Origin: Marsupella aquatica
Lineage: Eukaryota; Plantae; Marchantiophyta
Reading direction: 5' to 3'
NCBI GenBank assembly: GCA_973895155.1
Contig: OZ316891.1
Coordinates: 5,303,708-5,367,707, forward strand
DNA: 64,000 nucleotides
Below the pieces are notes generated by a model, which saw only the letters and a list, made by a program, of their open reading frames with translations, was not told the origin of the DNA and ran no database searches. The stretch's first letter is position 1; the number at the start of each line of letters is the position of its first letter. Below, in pieces: positions 22,519 through 36,100 of the stretch. The position numbers and the translations under genes are program-made.

Positions 22519-23960
22519 AGATCGAATAGAGTGGTGCAAAGGACTTCTATGTAGGAAAAGCAGCAAACTAGACGAAACAAAACTCAAATGCTCGAATTGA
22601 ATGAACAGCCTTCTTTAAAGTTTATTCCCAGATTTCGTGGACAGGCATACATGTCAGTATGTATACAATTCAATTGGCTGTTTCCAATGTCATACATTTA
22701 GTTAGCCATTCTTAATTGCCCTACAGATATACTCAACGTTTTGGACCTTGACAGTCCAATTAATCCAGGCTAGGATCGTTTGGGATGCGCGCCTCCTCTG
22801 ATTTCTTTGAGACGTCCTCATATGCATGCTTAATCTCCTAACACGTATGTATATCAAAGACTTCCTATTCGTGCTCGATCTGGGAGATGCATCTACCACA
22901 GCCATCCACCTGTGAATTGAGGCCAGGTGTTAAATCACTCTTCAGATTCGGAAGGTTTTTTGCATATTTCCGAGCCTTTTCTGAAGGCTAAACGGGATCC
23001 AGTTTCTCTTCCTGGGAATCCTCCAACAATCTGCGTCACATGAAAGAATACACATAGAAAATTATGTTTAGACTAAAATCTTAATATGTATGCAGTCAAG
23101 ACTGTCCGCGTCAGAATTCTATGACTTCTAAAAACTGGAGGTCTAAATTTAATATGAAACAAATGACAGCTACATGTTGTTCTAGCAAAGTCATCCCAGC
23201 CTGAGATTGGGGAAAGAAAATAGCACAAATTAACATACAGCTATCGATCGATCGGATCAACGAAAATGAATAAAACTAATAAACACAAACAGTAAGTAAC
23301 AGAAAGGCAATCAAAGCATCGATAGAGGTCTTGAACTAAAGGGAGGCAACAAATAAAGTAGACAGCTCAGCTGAAGGTTGTCGAAATTAATATCAGCAAC
23401 CAGCACAGGAAGTGGAGGTTTCAGTTACAACGTAAAGCCTCACCGAGACAGTTTGGACAGGTTTTTGCACTGCACACTCTCTGGAAGAACAAGATAGCTG
23501 CTTTGCTAGAAACTTCGCAGCCTTCTTCATATCATAATTCCTCAATTCATCCCGAGGGACCAACTGCAGAACTTGGGCGAACTCATCGTCCTCGAGTGCA
23601 TCTTCAACAAAATTATCCTCAACCTGTTCTCTCTTGCAACTTTTAGGCAAAATGCGTAAGTTTATTTCATTGTCTCCCGCATCTCCCGCATCGACTGCCC
23701 GCCTGCCATCCATAACTTTCCCTGCACTTTCTCTGGATACCTCGGTCAAACTATGTAAGGAGTCAGCACAAAGTTCGGAAAACCCTCTCTTTAGTATCAG
23801 AAACTCCTGAAAGAAGCTAAGCCGCTACTACGCTACTTAAGATCTATCGTCTCGATCGCCCCCTAAAGTTCCTACCACGCAGTCCGAAGCAGATGGTATT
23901 TTGCCTTCGATGACATGAGCGACAGGAAGACGTGAGGCACTCTTCTCGGAAGAACTTTCA
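22519..23960. repeat. Right arm of the inverted duplication, free of insertions
   Basis: Contains the empty Copia site (single TTAAA at 22930-22934) and the empty MITE site. Confidence 0.9.
23393..23713 (-). CDS. Small acidic hypothetical protein (possibly spliced at GTGAGG to an exon beginning near 23030)
   Basis: MDGRRAVDAG..EDALEDDEFAQVLQLVPRDELRNYD; conserved with 798-1043; no family recognised. Confidence 0.45.
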   Translation of the reverse strand: MDGRRAVDAGDAGDNEINLRILPKSCKREQVEDNFVEDALEDDEFAQVLQLVPRDELRNYDMKKAAKFLAKQLSCSSRECAVQKPVQTVSVRLYVVTETSTSCAGC

Positions 23961-24151
23961 GAGATCGAGAGAGATAATGAACCTTTCACTGCCAAGATAG
24001 CCATATATAGTCAGGCCTGAGGGTAAGAAACCTTATACCTGGATGTACGTATGAGGGGGGAGCAGCCGGCCGGGAGAAGAAGACCAGATGCGGGAACGCC
24101 TAGTGATCGGCCAATGCCAGGTAGGTGGGATCAGCAGAATCGGACATGCAG

Positions 24152-24366
24152 GTCGACTGACCAGTGATTTGCTAAATTTCCAAGCTATGACTGTCTTTAC
24201 ACCTACTAGCTAACATTCGTGCCAGTCCTCGCAGAAAAAAATAAAACAATTCTCACCCAAGTCGACTGACCAGTGATTTGCTATATATGTTTCCAAGCTG
24301 CGACTGCCTGTATACTAACATTCGTGCCAGTCTTTACAGAAAAAGAAGTAAAAATTCCACCCAAGC
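24152..24366 (+). repeat. Tandem duplication, ~109-bp unit x2
   Basis: gtcgactgaccagtgatttgcta at 24152 and 24261. Confidence 0.8.
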
Positions 24367-25309
24367 CAACTTTTCATTGTGTGGGCTATCCATCCGTTAA
24401 TATCAAATACATGCATGGACTGATCGACCCAGCAGGAAATATTTAGATATAGCTAGTAATTGTGTCTTAAATTTCAATTTTGAAAAGTGCTAATTATATT
24501 GTGGTCATCGAGCTTCTGAGAGCAGAGTCAGCAAGCCATTAGAGTTTCCACTTTAGTTTGAGTATATCCAACGCACCTACTTTCCACTGACCTCTGACTA
24601 TCGATCAATAAAATTATATATCTGTGGTGACTGAACAGTGACTTACATTTCATTAGTAGTAACTATACTATGGCGTACAGTGACAACAATGCACACTCAG
24701 ACAGAAAACACAAGGATAGGGCACCGTGTGCTGTAGTTTTTCCCATTTAATGTAGTGCAATTATAGGATATAGGATTAATCTTCTAGTGTAACGAGAAAA
24801 TCCTCGGTCCTTGTTTGCGAATAAGAGAATGTGGCTGCAGGAGGCATGGAGGGTGCTAGGTTGCCGATACTGGCTCATTGAGGTAGTTTGTACTGTGTTT
24901 AGGGACTGCCACTAGCTTGTAAGCTCGCAACTCACATGATTTCAATGAGTTGCTCGTATTATATATAAACTGTTCAGCTTCGATATGAACCCTTCGGATC
25001 TTGGAAGAGGTCACCTCTGTAAATAAAAATAAAGACCGTGCTGGGTACGACAGTCACGGTAGTGGGGAAGTACCGAAAAGTCAAATTGAATAATCGAGGG
25101 ATACTAATGTGGCAGCTCATACCGCTACGGCTTGGAATGGCATAAGCTTTAAATAAGCATTTGGAGCCAACGATGCTATCTTAATAATTAATGTACCAAA
25201 CGGCTGAACAGTAACTAAATAAATTCACAAAATGAAGGAGTCGATATCGATCTACTCAACATAGAGTGAAGAGGTCAATAAATTCATCAAATGAAGGAGA
25301 CATCGATCT

Positions 25310-25405
25310 GCTCAACATAGAGTATTTACATCTCGACACCTCATAGGTGCCGAAACAGCTCAACATAGAGTATGTACATCTCGACACCTCATAGGTGCCG
25401 AGACA
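25310..25405 (+). repeat. Tandem duplication, 48-bp unit x2
   Basis: gctcaacatagagtat.tacatctcgacacctcataggtgccga occurs twice. Confidence 0.8.
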
Positions 25406-27291
25406 TATTAACAGTACACAACATGAAGAATCCACACTCAACGCTACATTCCAATATGGGCAATCAAATCCTTCCGCAAAAGAGTACATATACAAAACTA
25501 ATGAATATTTTTCGTTTGCGAACAACCAGTTAATGTTGAATTGTAACATGAAAAACGTTTTACCCACTGGATTGCTCCACAGTGAATCACACATATCTGT
25601 GAGCCATGGCAACATATTTGGCGTCCTTGGGAGGAGTAAGACTGCACATAACATGAAGAATACACAACTCCTTCGACCTGTTGTGATTGAGGGGGCACAA
25701 GGCAAATGAGTGATATAGCATGTTCATCCTGGAACATGTCTCTTTTTTGTCGATCTTCTAGTCATATGTAATTCATTTAAGTAGGGACATGTAAAATATA
25801 TGCACATAAAACCACATTATGACCAAGAAAGTACAAAGGTACTAATTAAAGAGTTGAGTTGTGCACATACAGTACAGATTTTCACTTGCTTCTAGGTAAT
25901 GACATTCAATTCAATTAAAACCATAAATTTTGCAGAGTAAACCATGAGGGGAACTTAATACACCAGATGGTCACATTGATCAAATCCATTTCTTACACTC
26001 TCATGAAAAGAAAGAGAATTCACTAAGAAGTGATCGAAAAGGAAAGATTAAACCTTGATGAGGGGAACCAAATACATTCAAAATACTCTAAGTTCACTAA
26101 AATTAAGAGGGGTCCTAAAGTTAATTCAAAATCAAATTAATACAATGGTTTACCTTGTTAAGGCACATTAAAATCAAAATACTTGACACAAGATATGAAT
26201 GACACAAAATCTGAAAGGTGGATTCACCATATATATAACAGCCTCGAAATAAGTGATTAAATTAAGTGCAGCCTCTACCCCCAAAGTACAGCAAGTAGTT
26301 GGACCCATGGACCCGCCCCTCGACCAGCCACTTTTAAGTCAATGTAGCAAAGGTTCCGCATCATCCTCCAAAAAGATGGGAACTTGTTTTATGTGGAAAT
26401 TTAGGATGAACCCAACTCTTATGGCTGTTTTGAAATATGGGTTTATAGCCAAACCAACCAACATTTATAGATTTTTAATAAAATTTTAATAAAATAATCA
26501 GCAGGCTTGCCTATTTTCTATCTCATGTGGAAAAATAAGAAAATCATAGTTTAGAAGTGAGTCCAAAAAGTTAAATAAAAACCCAAGTTTTTAAACAATA
26601 CTTATTATTTTCCAGCCAACCTTTCAGTACATATAGAATATAGACCTCTGCCAATTATCCAAGCTAGAGTTACGTATCCAAGAACCAGGTTTTAGTAAAT
26701 ACGTGCCATAAATGGAAATGTCCCAAAATTGCTCCCGAAATCACTGTAACCTCAGTATATTCACTTTGGGGCCTACTCTGGCCAGGAAGCCCATATCTCG
26801 CAGGGTAGAAGGAACTCAGATATAAGTGTTGGCCAGTTGAGTACTGTAAACTCTTGTAACCCACTTTTAGGTTTTTCTTTCACTTTTCCAGATTTCTTGC
26901 ATAAATAATAAATTTAAAATAAAGTATCCACAAAATGAACGTACAGCCAACCTGTCATCTACAAAGTTTGGTGTAGGTTGCTCAAAGTAAAAACATAGCA
27001 TTGCTGCTTGTCTATTGGCTGTACGTATATAATGTTGGGTTTGAGGTTTGGGTCATTAGCGCCTTATAAAAGTATCACTACACTCATACCAAACCATCAT
27101 TCGAGCTCTAAGAGTCTTCTTGCATTGTAGTTTGGAAAGTTCGTAGATTGATCGATTCCTACTGTCTTGGTGATCGAGAATCTGATTCTCGAGTGACTTA
27201 CAGAGAGAAGGGAGTTCAGTTTGTGAGTTTGCGAAGGCCGACCACTCTCTAGTTCTCTGTAGCTTGATCGACCTCTCCGTCTTCTGAAGCA

Positions 27292-27765
27292 ATGGCGGCA
27301 GCTACGTTGGTTTATATTGAGATGGGACTGGTCGCGGTGGGGCTCGTAGGGATGGCTTTATGGTTGCTGGTTTTATTTTCGGCTCTGTTGAGAAATCTGT
27401 TGACAAAATGGTGCTGTCCACATCTACACGGAGCTCGTCCTACAGAATCTGGTCTCACAGATCTGAGTAGGCTACATTTCAATGAGATTCTCCGCGAAGC
27501 TGCCGCTGCAAGAGATCAGAACCCATCATATTTGCACGAGGTTTCCAGGGAAGCGCCAGCCGCACGTCCGAATAGGGTGAGTTTCGACACAGCTCTCCCC
27601 GAAGAGGCTGTTCCCGTGGATATCAACGAACGACATTTGCCAGAAGCTACTTTCGCACATTCGCGTCCTGAGGAGCGTTCTTTTGCGGCTCTGGAAATGG
27701 ACCCCCAACAAGAAATTCAAGTGGAGCCTGTTGTTGAAGGTTCGAGCGGAAATAAAAGACGTTAA
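27292..27765 (+). CDS. Hypothetical single-pass membrane protein, 157 aa (copy A)
   Basis: N-terminal hydrophobic helix, then WCC and an acidic/Pro-rich tail; frame preserved in the inverted paralog 30488-30974 with in-frame indels. Confidence 0.6.
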   Translation: MAAATLVYIEMGLVAVGLVGMALWLLVLFSALLRNLLTKWCCPHLHGARPTESGLTDLSRLHFNEILREAAAARDQNPSYLHEVSREAPAARPNRVSFDTALPEEAVPVDINERHLPEATFAHSRPEERSFAALEMDPQQEIQVEPVVEGSSGNKRR

Positions 27766-28317
27766 TTAAGGACGTTGAGCCTCATGGAGAGCATCTATTC
27801 TTGAGGAGTTGGCTTCAAGTCACGTGCTTTGGCGAGAAGGGACTATTAGTGTACTCGATTCTCCCTCCATATTCGATCTCTTTGAAGCAGTGGCTAAAAG
27901 CACTCAACTGCAGGAAAGTAGTGCTATCACCAGTGGTATTAATCAGCCTTGTGGGAGCATGGAATTCGGATCAATGTTAGCTGTGCTTTGTCCCTGTTAG
28001 TCTGGCTTGCTCATATGATTTCTGTTCAAGCCATAGTTTAGGGAAGATTTTCGGTTATGAAAAGGTTCTTAGCTTTGTCTAAATCAGCTTCGATGCATGT
28101 AGGAATGTGGTAGGACTAAGTACATGTGGTAGCAGTGGCAGATGTTCAAGGACAATCCACAAATAATCTGTTTGACCAGGTCTTCTTAATCAGCACAAGA
28201 ATAAAAAAAGCCCAGTTAACTTTATGCTAGCTTCATTTTATGAGTGAGGCACACTTGCAAATATTGCAGCCCGACTCTCACCTTTGTCGAGTTAATTTCA
28301 TTGAATTTTGAACCCTG

Positions 28318-29120
28318 CTGGAAATGGACCCCGGGCAAGAAATACAAGTTGAGCCTGAGATAGAAGTTGAGCCTGAAATTCAAGTTGAGCCTGTTCATGA
28401 ACGTTCGAGCGGAAATAAAAGACGTTAAGGACGTTGAGCCTCATGGAGAGCATCTATTCTTGAAGAGTTGGCTTCAAGTCACGTGTTTTGGCGGGAAGGG
28501 ACTGTTAGTGTACTCGATTCTCCCTCCATATTCGATCTCTTTGAGGCAGTGGATAAACGCACTCAACAGAAAAGTAGTGCTATCGCCAGTGGTATTAATC
28601 AGCCTTAACTGTGGGAGCATGGAATTCGGATCAATGTTAGCTGTGCTTTGTCCCTGTTAGTCTGGCTTGCTCATATGATTTCTGTTCAAGCCATAGTTTA
28701 GGGAAGATTTTCGGTTATGAAAAGGTTCTTAGCTTTGTCTAAATCAGCTTCGATGCATGTGCGGAATGTGGTAGGACAGTTAAGTACATGTGGTAGCAGT
28801 GGCAGAAGTTCAAGGACAATCCACAAATAATCTGTTTGACCTGGTCTTCTTAGTCCGCACAAGAATAAAAAAGCTCAGTTAACATGATGCTTCATTTTAT
28901 GAGTGAGGCACACTTGCAAATATTGCAGCCCCCTCTCACCTTTGTCGAGTTAATTTCATTTAATTTTGAACCCTACTTTGGTCTCTTCTTGGATGGTGCA
29001 CCTGCAGCTGCAAAGACGGGCCGGCTGGAATTCCGACGGTGTATACATCGATTGAGGCACCATATCCTGATGACGGGGACAGTGTAAAACATCGAGCAAG
29101 AATGTTTTAGGGTAATCAGA
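28318..29120 (+). repeat. Partial tandem copy B (3' end of the ORF plus downstream region)
   Basis: Restarts at ctggaaatggacccc and repeats 27691-28316; near-perfect inverted match to 29761-30598. Confidence 0.9.
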
Positions 29121-29143
29121 CAATCACCTATGGTAGCAACTAT

Positions 29144-29163
29144 AGTGTGTGTGTGTGTGTGTG
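29144..29163. repeat. (GT)n microsatellite
   Basis: gtgtgtgtgtgtgtgtgtgt read directly. Confidence 0.85.
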
Positions 29164-29760
29164 TTGTGCAATGTGGAAGTACTGCAAGTACATTCTGGTT
29201 TCCAGTCTAGAAAGAAACCAAATAGCAAAGGCTCAAAGCACAACAAGATCTTTAATTCTCTCTTCTTCGGTTCGACCTGGGCAAAATAATCGGGAAAAGA
29301 ATACTTTGAATCTCTTTGAATGGGTTCTCGGTTGAAGCTAGTGTCGCTTCTTTTCGTTGAACGGTACAGGCATGAAAAGCAAGTACCAGTTACATGAATG
29401 TGCATGAGCCTTTTTCCCCGGATCCGGCAGATAATTTCAGTGTGAGGCTACTTACTGAAGTTAGGCTTCACTGTATATCTGTGATTCTTGAGAAAACAAA
29501 TACACCTAAAACACAAACATCCAAGGCGCCACAAACAAGTTGAATGAAGACAACTGCGTCTGCTTCCCACAATGCGTTTTCAATAGAGGATTGTCATGAA
29601 TGAACTATGTACTTACTCAAAGGGATCATCATTTGGACCTACAAGTTCAAAGTTAAGCAGTAAAGATCAATGGACGGCTAGTGCGCGCTTGACTTAAACG
29701 GACCACACAAACGACGGACTGAAATGAATTGTTTGTGTTCGCGAATCCAAGTGCTTCTCG

Positions 29761-30974
29761 TCTGATTCCCGTAAAACATTCTTGCTCGATGTTTTACATT
29801 GTCCCCGTCATCAGGATATGGTGCCTCGATCTACATAAAGATTTATGGTCAAGAAACCTTAAGTTTAGATGTACAAACCCGGAATTTGCCAGATGCAGGC
29901 CGGTGCACCATCCAAGAAGAGACCAAAGACGCAAGTAGGGTTCAAAATTAAATGAAATCAACTCGACAAAGGTGAGAGGCGGGCTGCAATATTTGCAAGT
30001 GTGCCTCACTCATAAAATGCAGCATCAAGTTCACTGGGCCTTTTTATTCTTCGATCTGCTGACTAAGAAGACCTGGTCAAACAGATTATTTGTGGATTGT
30101 CCTTGAACTTCTCCCACGTACCGCTACCACATGTACTTAGTCCTACAACATTCCGCACATGCATCGAAGCTGATTTAGACAAAGCTAAGAACCTTTCCAT
30201 AACCGAAAATCTTCCCTCAACTCTGGCTTGAACAGAAATCATATGAGCAAGCCAGACTAGCGGGGACAAAGCACAGCTAAAATTGATCCGAATTCCATGC
30301 TCCCACAGTTAAGGCTGATTAATACCACTGGCGATAGCACTACTTTTCTGTTGAGTGCGTTTAGCCACTGCCTCAAAGAGATCGAATATGGAGGGAGAAT
30401 CGAGTACACTAACAGTCCCTTCCGCCAAAGCACGTGACTTGAAGCCAACTCTTCAAGAATAGATGCTCTCCATGAGGCTCAATGTCCTTAACGTCTTTTA
30501 TTTCCGCTCGAACGTTCATGAACAGGCTCAGTTTGAATTTCAGGCTCAACTTCTATCTCAGGCTCAACTTGTATTTCTTGCCGGGGGTCCATTTCCAGAG
30601 CCACAAAAGAACGCTTCTCAGGACGCGAATGTGCGAAAGTAGCTTCTGGCAAATGTCGTTCGTTGATATCCACGGGAACAGCCTCTTCGGGGAGAGCTGT
30701 GTCGGAACTCACCCTATTCGGACGTGCGGCTGGCGCTTCCCTGGAAACCTCGTGCAAATATGATGGGTTCTGATCTCTAGCCGCTGCAGCTTCACGGAAA
30801 ATTTCACGGAAATGTAGCCTATTCAGACCTGTGAGACCAGATTCTTTAGGACGAGCTCCGTGTAGATGTGAATTGCACCATTTTCTCAACGGAGCCGAAT
30901 ATAAAACCAGCAACAGTAAAGCCATCACTACCACCCCCACCACGACCAGTCCCATCTCAATGTAAACCAACGTA
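29761..30974 (-). repeat. Inverted copy C of the 27.3-29.1 kb unit
   Basis: Reverse complement of copy B and of the copy A coding region; ~640-bp spacer 29121-29760. Confidence 0.92.
30488..30974 (-). pseudogene. Paralog of 27292-27765 lacking its start (MAAA) owing to a CACTA insertion
   Basis: Similarity to copy A stops at aaaccaacgta|CACTAC (30975). Confidence 0.7.
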
Positions 30975-33143
30975 CACTACTACATATTTGCCAATTTTGC
31001 GAACGAGTTTTACAAGAGGAAGAAAACTTTGCAAGATTAATCTCATCGCTAAACTTGCAATGCGATACGCATCGCACTTAGTGAATCTATCCGCGCCGCA
31101 ACACGTAATTGCGAATCTTACACCATCGCAACATTTTCCGACATGTTAAATATTGCAAAACATTTCTGAAGCAATTACCATTGAACACTTTAGCGATGTT
31201 TACCGCTTCGTAGATTCATTGCGATGCGCCGACCATCTAACACGTTGCGAATATTTTAGCATCTCAAACTGTTTTGCGATCCTTATTGTCTCGCAAATGA
31301 GCGATGTTTATGGAATGGCTAACTTGCAATACCAGTAGGCTCGCAAACCCTGTGCCTGTCTAGGGTCTCATTTTGTGAATGTTTTGGATTCGCAACGTTG
31401 AGAACCTGGTATCTTTGGAAGGTTGCGATAAGTTCATGATGGCAATTAGCGAGCATACTAGTATCGCAAATTTAGCGATGAGGTTGCGTGGGTTGGGGTT
31501 TCGCAAGATGTTTCACAAAATATTATGAGCGCCTCAAAGAGGTGGAAAAGGAATGGGATTTGGGAGGGAGGGTAAAGGAGGGAGGATACATGTAATTTTT
31601 AGGGAGGGACAATGAAAAGGAGGAGGAAGGGAATGGGGCTAGGAGGGACAAGGAAAGGAGGGATCCAAGAGGAAGGATACAGGTTTAGGGGGCACAAGGA
31701 AATGAGGGAGGAGGAAGGGTATGTAGATATAGTTTTAGGGAGGGTTTGGATTTAGGGAGTGAAAATAAAAAGGAGGGAGTTTAGGGTTTAGAGAGGGACA
31801 AGGAAATGAGGGAGGGTATTGGTTTAGAGAGGGACAAGGAAATGAGGGAGGTTTCAGGGTATAGGTTTAGGAGGGAGGAGAGAAGCTAGGTTGTATAGAT
31901 AAGAGTGGGGGACGAGGGTGGAAAGTAAGGAAAGTATAGGGTTGAAATAGAAAGGGGTTGGGAGAAGGAGAGGAAGGATGAAGGAGGGTTTAATAAGAGG
32001 GACAGACAATGAAAGAAAGGAGGAGGGAGGTGGGTACAAGTAATAAGGAGAAAGGCTAGGGGGGGATTAGGAAAACACTGAGGGTAGAGGACTACAAACA
32101 ACATGAGTTTTCTTTGCATAAAGTCTACCAAAAGGTGCGGTGAGTGTGGGTAGGGATGGGAGGTATAGAAAACAACATTTGAAAATGATATACTTACAAA
32201 ACATAAGTTTATTGATAATTGAGAAGCACATATTTCTCCATTCTACCGAGAAGAGAAATCTTCATATCATCAAATCTAACTATATATTCGTGTAGCTATA
32301 TATCCACAAATACAGACCCCTCAAACTTGGTCCTTATCATCTTCAGGTTGGGACACAACCAAAATATCAGGCTTCTCCCCAACGATTGAACGAGACTGTG
32401 GCACATATGTGATGACAAGTGACCATTCCTCTGGGTTTGGGGGTATGGAATATAGAAACATTGTTCCACATGACTTGGAAAAGTGAATGGTTCTGATGTT
32501 TGCTAATGAGATGGCTGGAAACTAGTGGGAGACGTCTTCAGTCGTGTAAATCCACACTCATCTTGAACCACAATAGGATTGTTACCAGCAAGGTTCACTT
32601 TGAATCACTTGCACTTGAAGACATACTCTTCAAACTTTGATGTGTATCATAAGATATCACTAGAATCTCTTCTACCTTTCCATAATGTGGCACAACATCT
32701 CGAATAATATTCGTGTCATGGCAACTGCTACGGGAATCTTGAGAGAATTGTCATTGAACTCCACAATCAAAGGTACGACCCCTCTTCTCATCAAGGGAAG
32801 AAATCCTAAAATCCATCAAACCATAAGGACATGTTACACAAAAATAGACACAAACATATTCCAATTAATGGAACACACCAAGAATCTGCCTCTTCAATAT
32901 ACGTGCTTGTATTACAAATGAATTAAATTAAACCAAGTGATTCAAATAAAAGGTTACTAAGGTAGATGGAGATCACCTGAAATGTCTTCCTTGTGTTCAC
33001 ATTGCTGTCCTTGTTGTAACCACTCTCAAGGGACCATGAACAATGGTAAGAACATCATCTCTGATAGCTGGAAAATGTAATACACTCTCTCCCCTGACCA
33101 CCATGTCATCCACCTCAACTAACTTCTCCTTCATATAATCAAG
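30975..33143 (-). mobile_element. Second CACTA element, 3' remnant
   Basis: Terminus CACTACTACATAT at 30975, TCGCA/TGCGA subterminal repeats to ~31520, purine-rich tract, decayed DUF4216-type exons (33140-32977 YMKEKLVEVD..GRHFR; 32805-~32340 LDEKRG..DECGFTRLKT) homologous to 14299-14937; other end not found. Confidence 0.85.
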
Positions 33144-36100
33144 ATCAATCTATTCATTAAAACTGGAAAATTCTTTGATCTTTGGACATTTAAGCACCAA
33201 AAATATATATATTTGGGCACAAGAATTGTACATTTGGGCAGTGGGGGTTGTACATTTGGGCACCAGATGTTGTACATTTGGGGGATCAAGATTGTACATA
33301 GGAGAAAATGAAATATTAATTTGGATTCTAAAGAAAAACATTTCGGTGATAATAATGTAAAATATGTTGGATAAGAAGTAGAACTTACTTACATTGATTC
33401 AATCTGACTAATAGAATATAACTATCTAGTAAAGCTTCAATATGATCTCTACCCATATAACTAGTAAAGCTTCAATATGATCTCTACCCTTAGTTAGCTA
33501 AATTAACCTTCTACTTAGTTACTAATTGAAAGCATTTAATATATTAAATTTGAATGATACCTGGCTTACTATCCATTCAGACATTCAAGTAATTTGTTAC
33601 ATTCTAAGCAACTCGAGTTAAAACTAAGGTTTACTAGTAAGAGGCAGTCACATCCTATCATGGATATTAAGACTTCATGTAATATATAGTCTGTATTGAT
33701 ATAATAATAAATTAAAGCAATTATAAAGGTATCCAAGTCCAATTACCTCCACCTATTCAAACTAGTATCCCAAAATATTATAATAATTAGTTACTTAAAT
33801 AGATATACTATATAGTACTAACCAACAGTAAGTACTAAAGACATGTCTGATTCCAAACTAATTGACATAGACTCCCTCACTTGAATGTCTAATTCCAAAC
33901 TAATTGATATAGACTCCCTCACTCTGTTAGAGTGACTACTAAAAAACATTTGACTTACTCAACAATCCCTTCCATGTAGGTGTTGAGTGTTTTCAAAACA
34001 TTATTGGGAATGGTCAAACCTCTATCAATTATATTTTCTTCTCTAGAGCATGACTTGAATCCATACATAGCAAAATTAGCAAATTGCCAATGTTCAGTGG
34101 CATTGTCAAACCCAGGATCCACCTCCCAAGTCTTAGTGGTCTGAAAGCAACGTGAATATTGCACATGATCCGGTGCATCATGCTTACCATATTTAGGCCT
34201 CCACCATTGCACTTGGAACATAGGAGCATACCATGTACTAGTAGGAGAATTCTCATTGCATTGCAAGTCTCTTGAAGGAACTTCATGGTTTGGGTCCACA
34301 ACACCCAAAGCTCTCACCAACCAGAAACGTTCTTTCCCATTCTTCTTTTCTCATTCATCCTCTGGACGGAGAAATACAAAGTGACCCTCTTGAATGTCTT
34401 GCAGAGGAATCCAACGTGCAAGTTCTCGCTCGTGTCAAGCGCCAACAAATATTGCAGCTTGATCCTCCATCTCTTCCAGGTACTCATTCTGAAGCTCCAC
34501 CATTTCTGGATTTTGTGTACTACTACTAGGCTCCCCCAATGGTTTAGAGGTTCCTGTACTATTAACCTTGTAACCAGTTCCGTGGTTGGTTTTTGGCCAG
34601 AACTCGTATGTCAATGCTAACTGTATTTCTGCCTCCCCTTCAATTGTAAGCTCCCCAGATAATACTTGTGCCACCATCTCCCAATATTTCACCAAAGGAA
34701 ACCGCTCACGATATGATGTAGAGGTCTCATCCTTACAACTCTTCTTCAAAAACTCAATGTAACGATTAAGGAATGGGATGATTTCTTCAACCTTGCCTCG
34801 TACATCCCCGGAGATGGGTTTTGCAAACGGTTGACCTTCTAGTAAAATGAGAGAATTGGTGTTGGAATCAGTTCTCCAAATGACCTTCCGATTGGAGGGT
34901 ACCAAGGTTGTTTCACATGTGCTTTGTATTGATATATTGGAACATTATCTCTCATAGAGAAAAGAAATGCCACTGGTTTTGAGTGACCCTCTATGTCTTT
35001 TACCTTGAAAGATTTTAAAAACTCTTTGTAAGCTGCAACCTCTTGGATCAACCGTGGGACAGGATGAATGCTTTCACACTCCCAAACCTCAGCCATCAAC
35101 CCCAAAAGGGTAGAAACCTCCTTGTACTTCACTTGGTTGGATACTTTCAAAAACAATGCATCGACATCCTCATGGGTGTGACCAACCATATACTAGAAAC
35201 GACATCTGCACTGTTTCAAAAACCCCTCTACTAACAAGCTCACTGCAAAATGCCATCACGTACTAGTTTTTGTTATCTTTCCCTGAATTATCCATTTGCA
35301 AGGTCAGGTGTCTTGGCAATGGTTTGAAAGAGGTAGACATAGCCTTGGGATCAACACCAAAGTCATCATCCACCACATTTGATAACCCAAGATCTTGGTC
35401 ATCTTCAGCTCCTTGAAATCTAGCAATTGAGACTTTTTTGGGTTCTAAGTAACTTGCAAGAAATGCTTCAAAGTCCAAAAGAGATTGAAAAATTGGCCTC
35501 ATTGCAGCCCAATATAATCCTTCAATGAGGTCTCCAGATTTGTCCCCCTTGTAATCCTCCAGATCTCTAAGGCACTTGGCCAATGATGTCATTGTGAAGT
35601 CTGCATCTCCCGGCCAAAGCCCAGTGAAACTGAAGTGAGCATACACTTCGGGATCCCTTCCATGGGTCAACATCCCAGTGAGCGCAATGGGGAGCGGTTG
35701 ACCACTACCAGACAATGATTTAGGAGTGGGGACCAACCTAGGGATCCATGTCTTGGCTTGGTCCATCTTGTCATGTATAATGCAAAGATAGTTCTCAGGA
35801 TCCTTCTTCGCAAGAACCCTATGAGCAAGTTAACATATCTCCTAGACATTTGCTCACGAAGATGGCGAGCTCTTCTTTCCTCAATCTCTAAACGCTCTTT
35901 CTTTCTCTTCTCCCGCATCAACTGATCTTTGAACTCAGTGCAAAGTGTACACTTTGCAAATGCACTTCCCTTGTGAAAGTCAAAATTCATGTTCAAGGAC
36001 TCACTCCAGAGTTTATACATAGTGTTTTCATTGACCTTCACGTAGCCATCTAATTCCATTTTTGAGTATACCTCCTCAAAAATCTCTTTCTTTGTGAAAC

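Noticed and set aside
25256-25737. Overlapping ORFs of 79-149 aa
   Set aside because: No motif or splice support, and partly extended by a 48-bp duplication.
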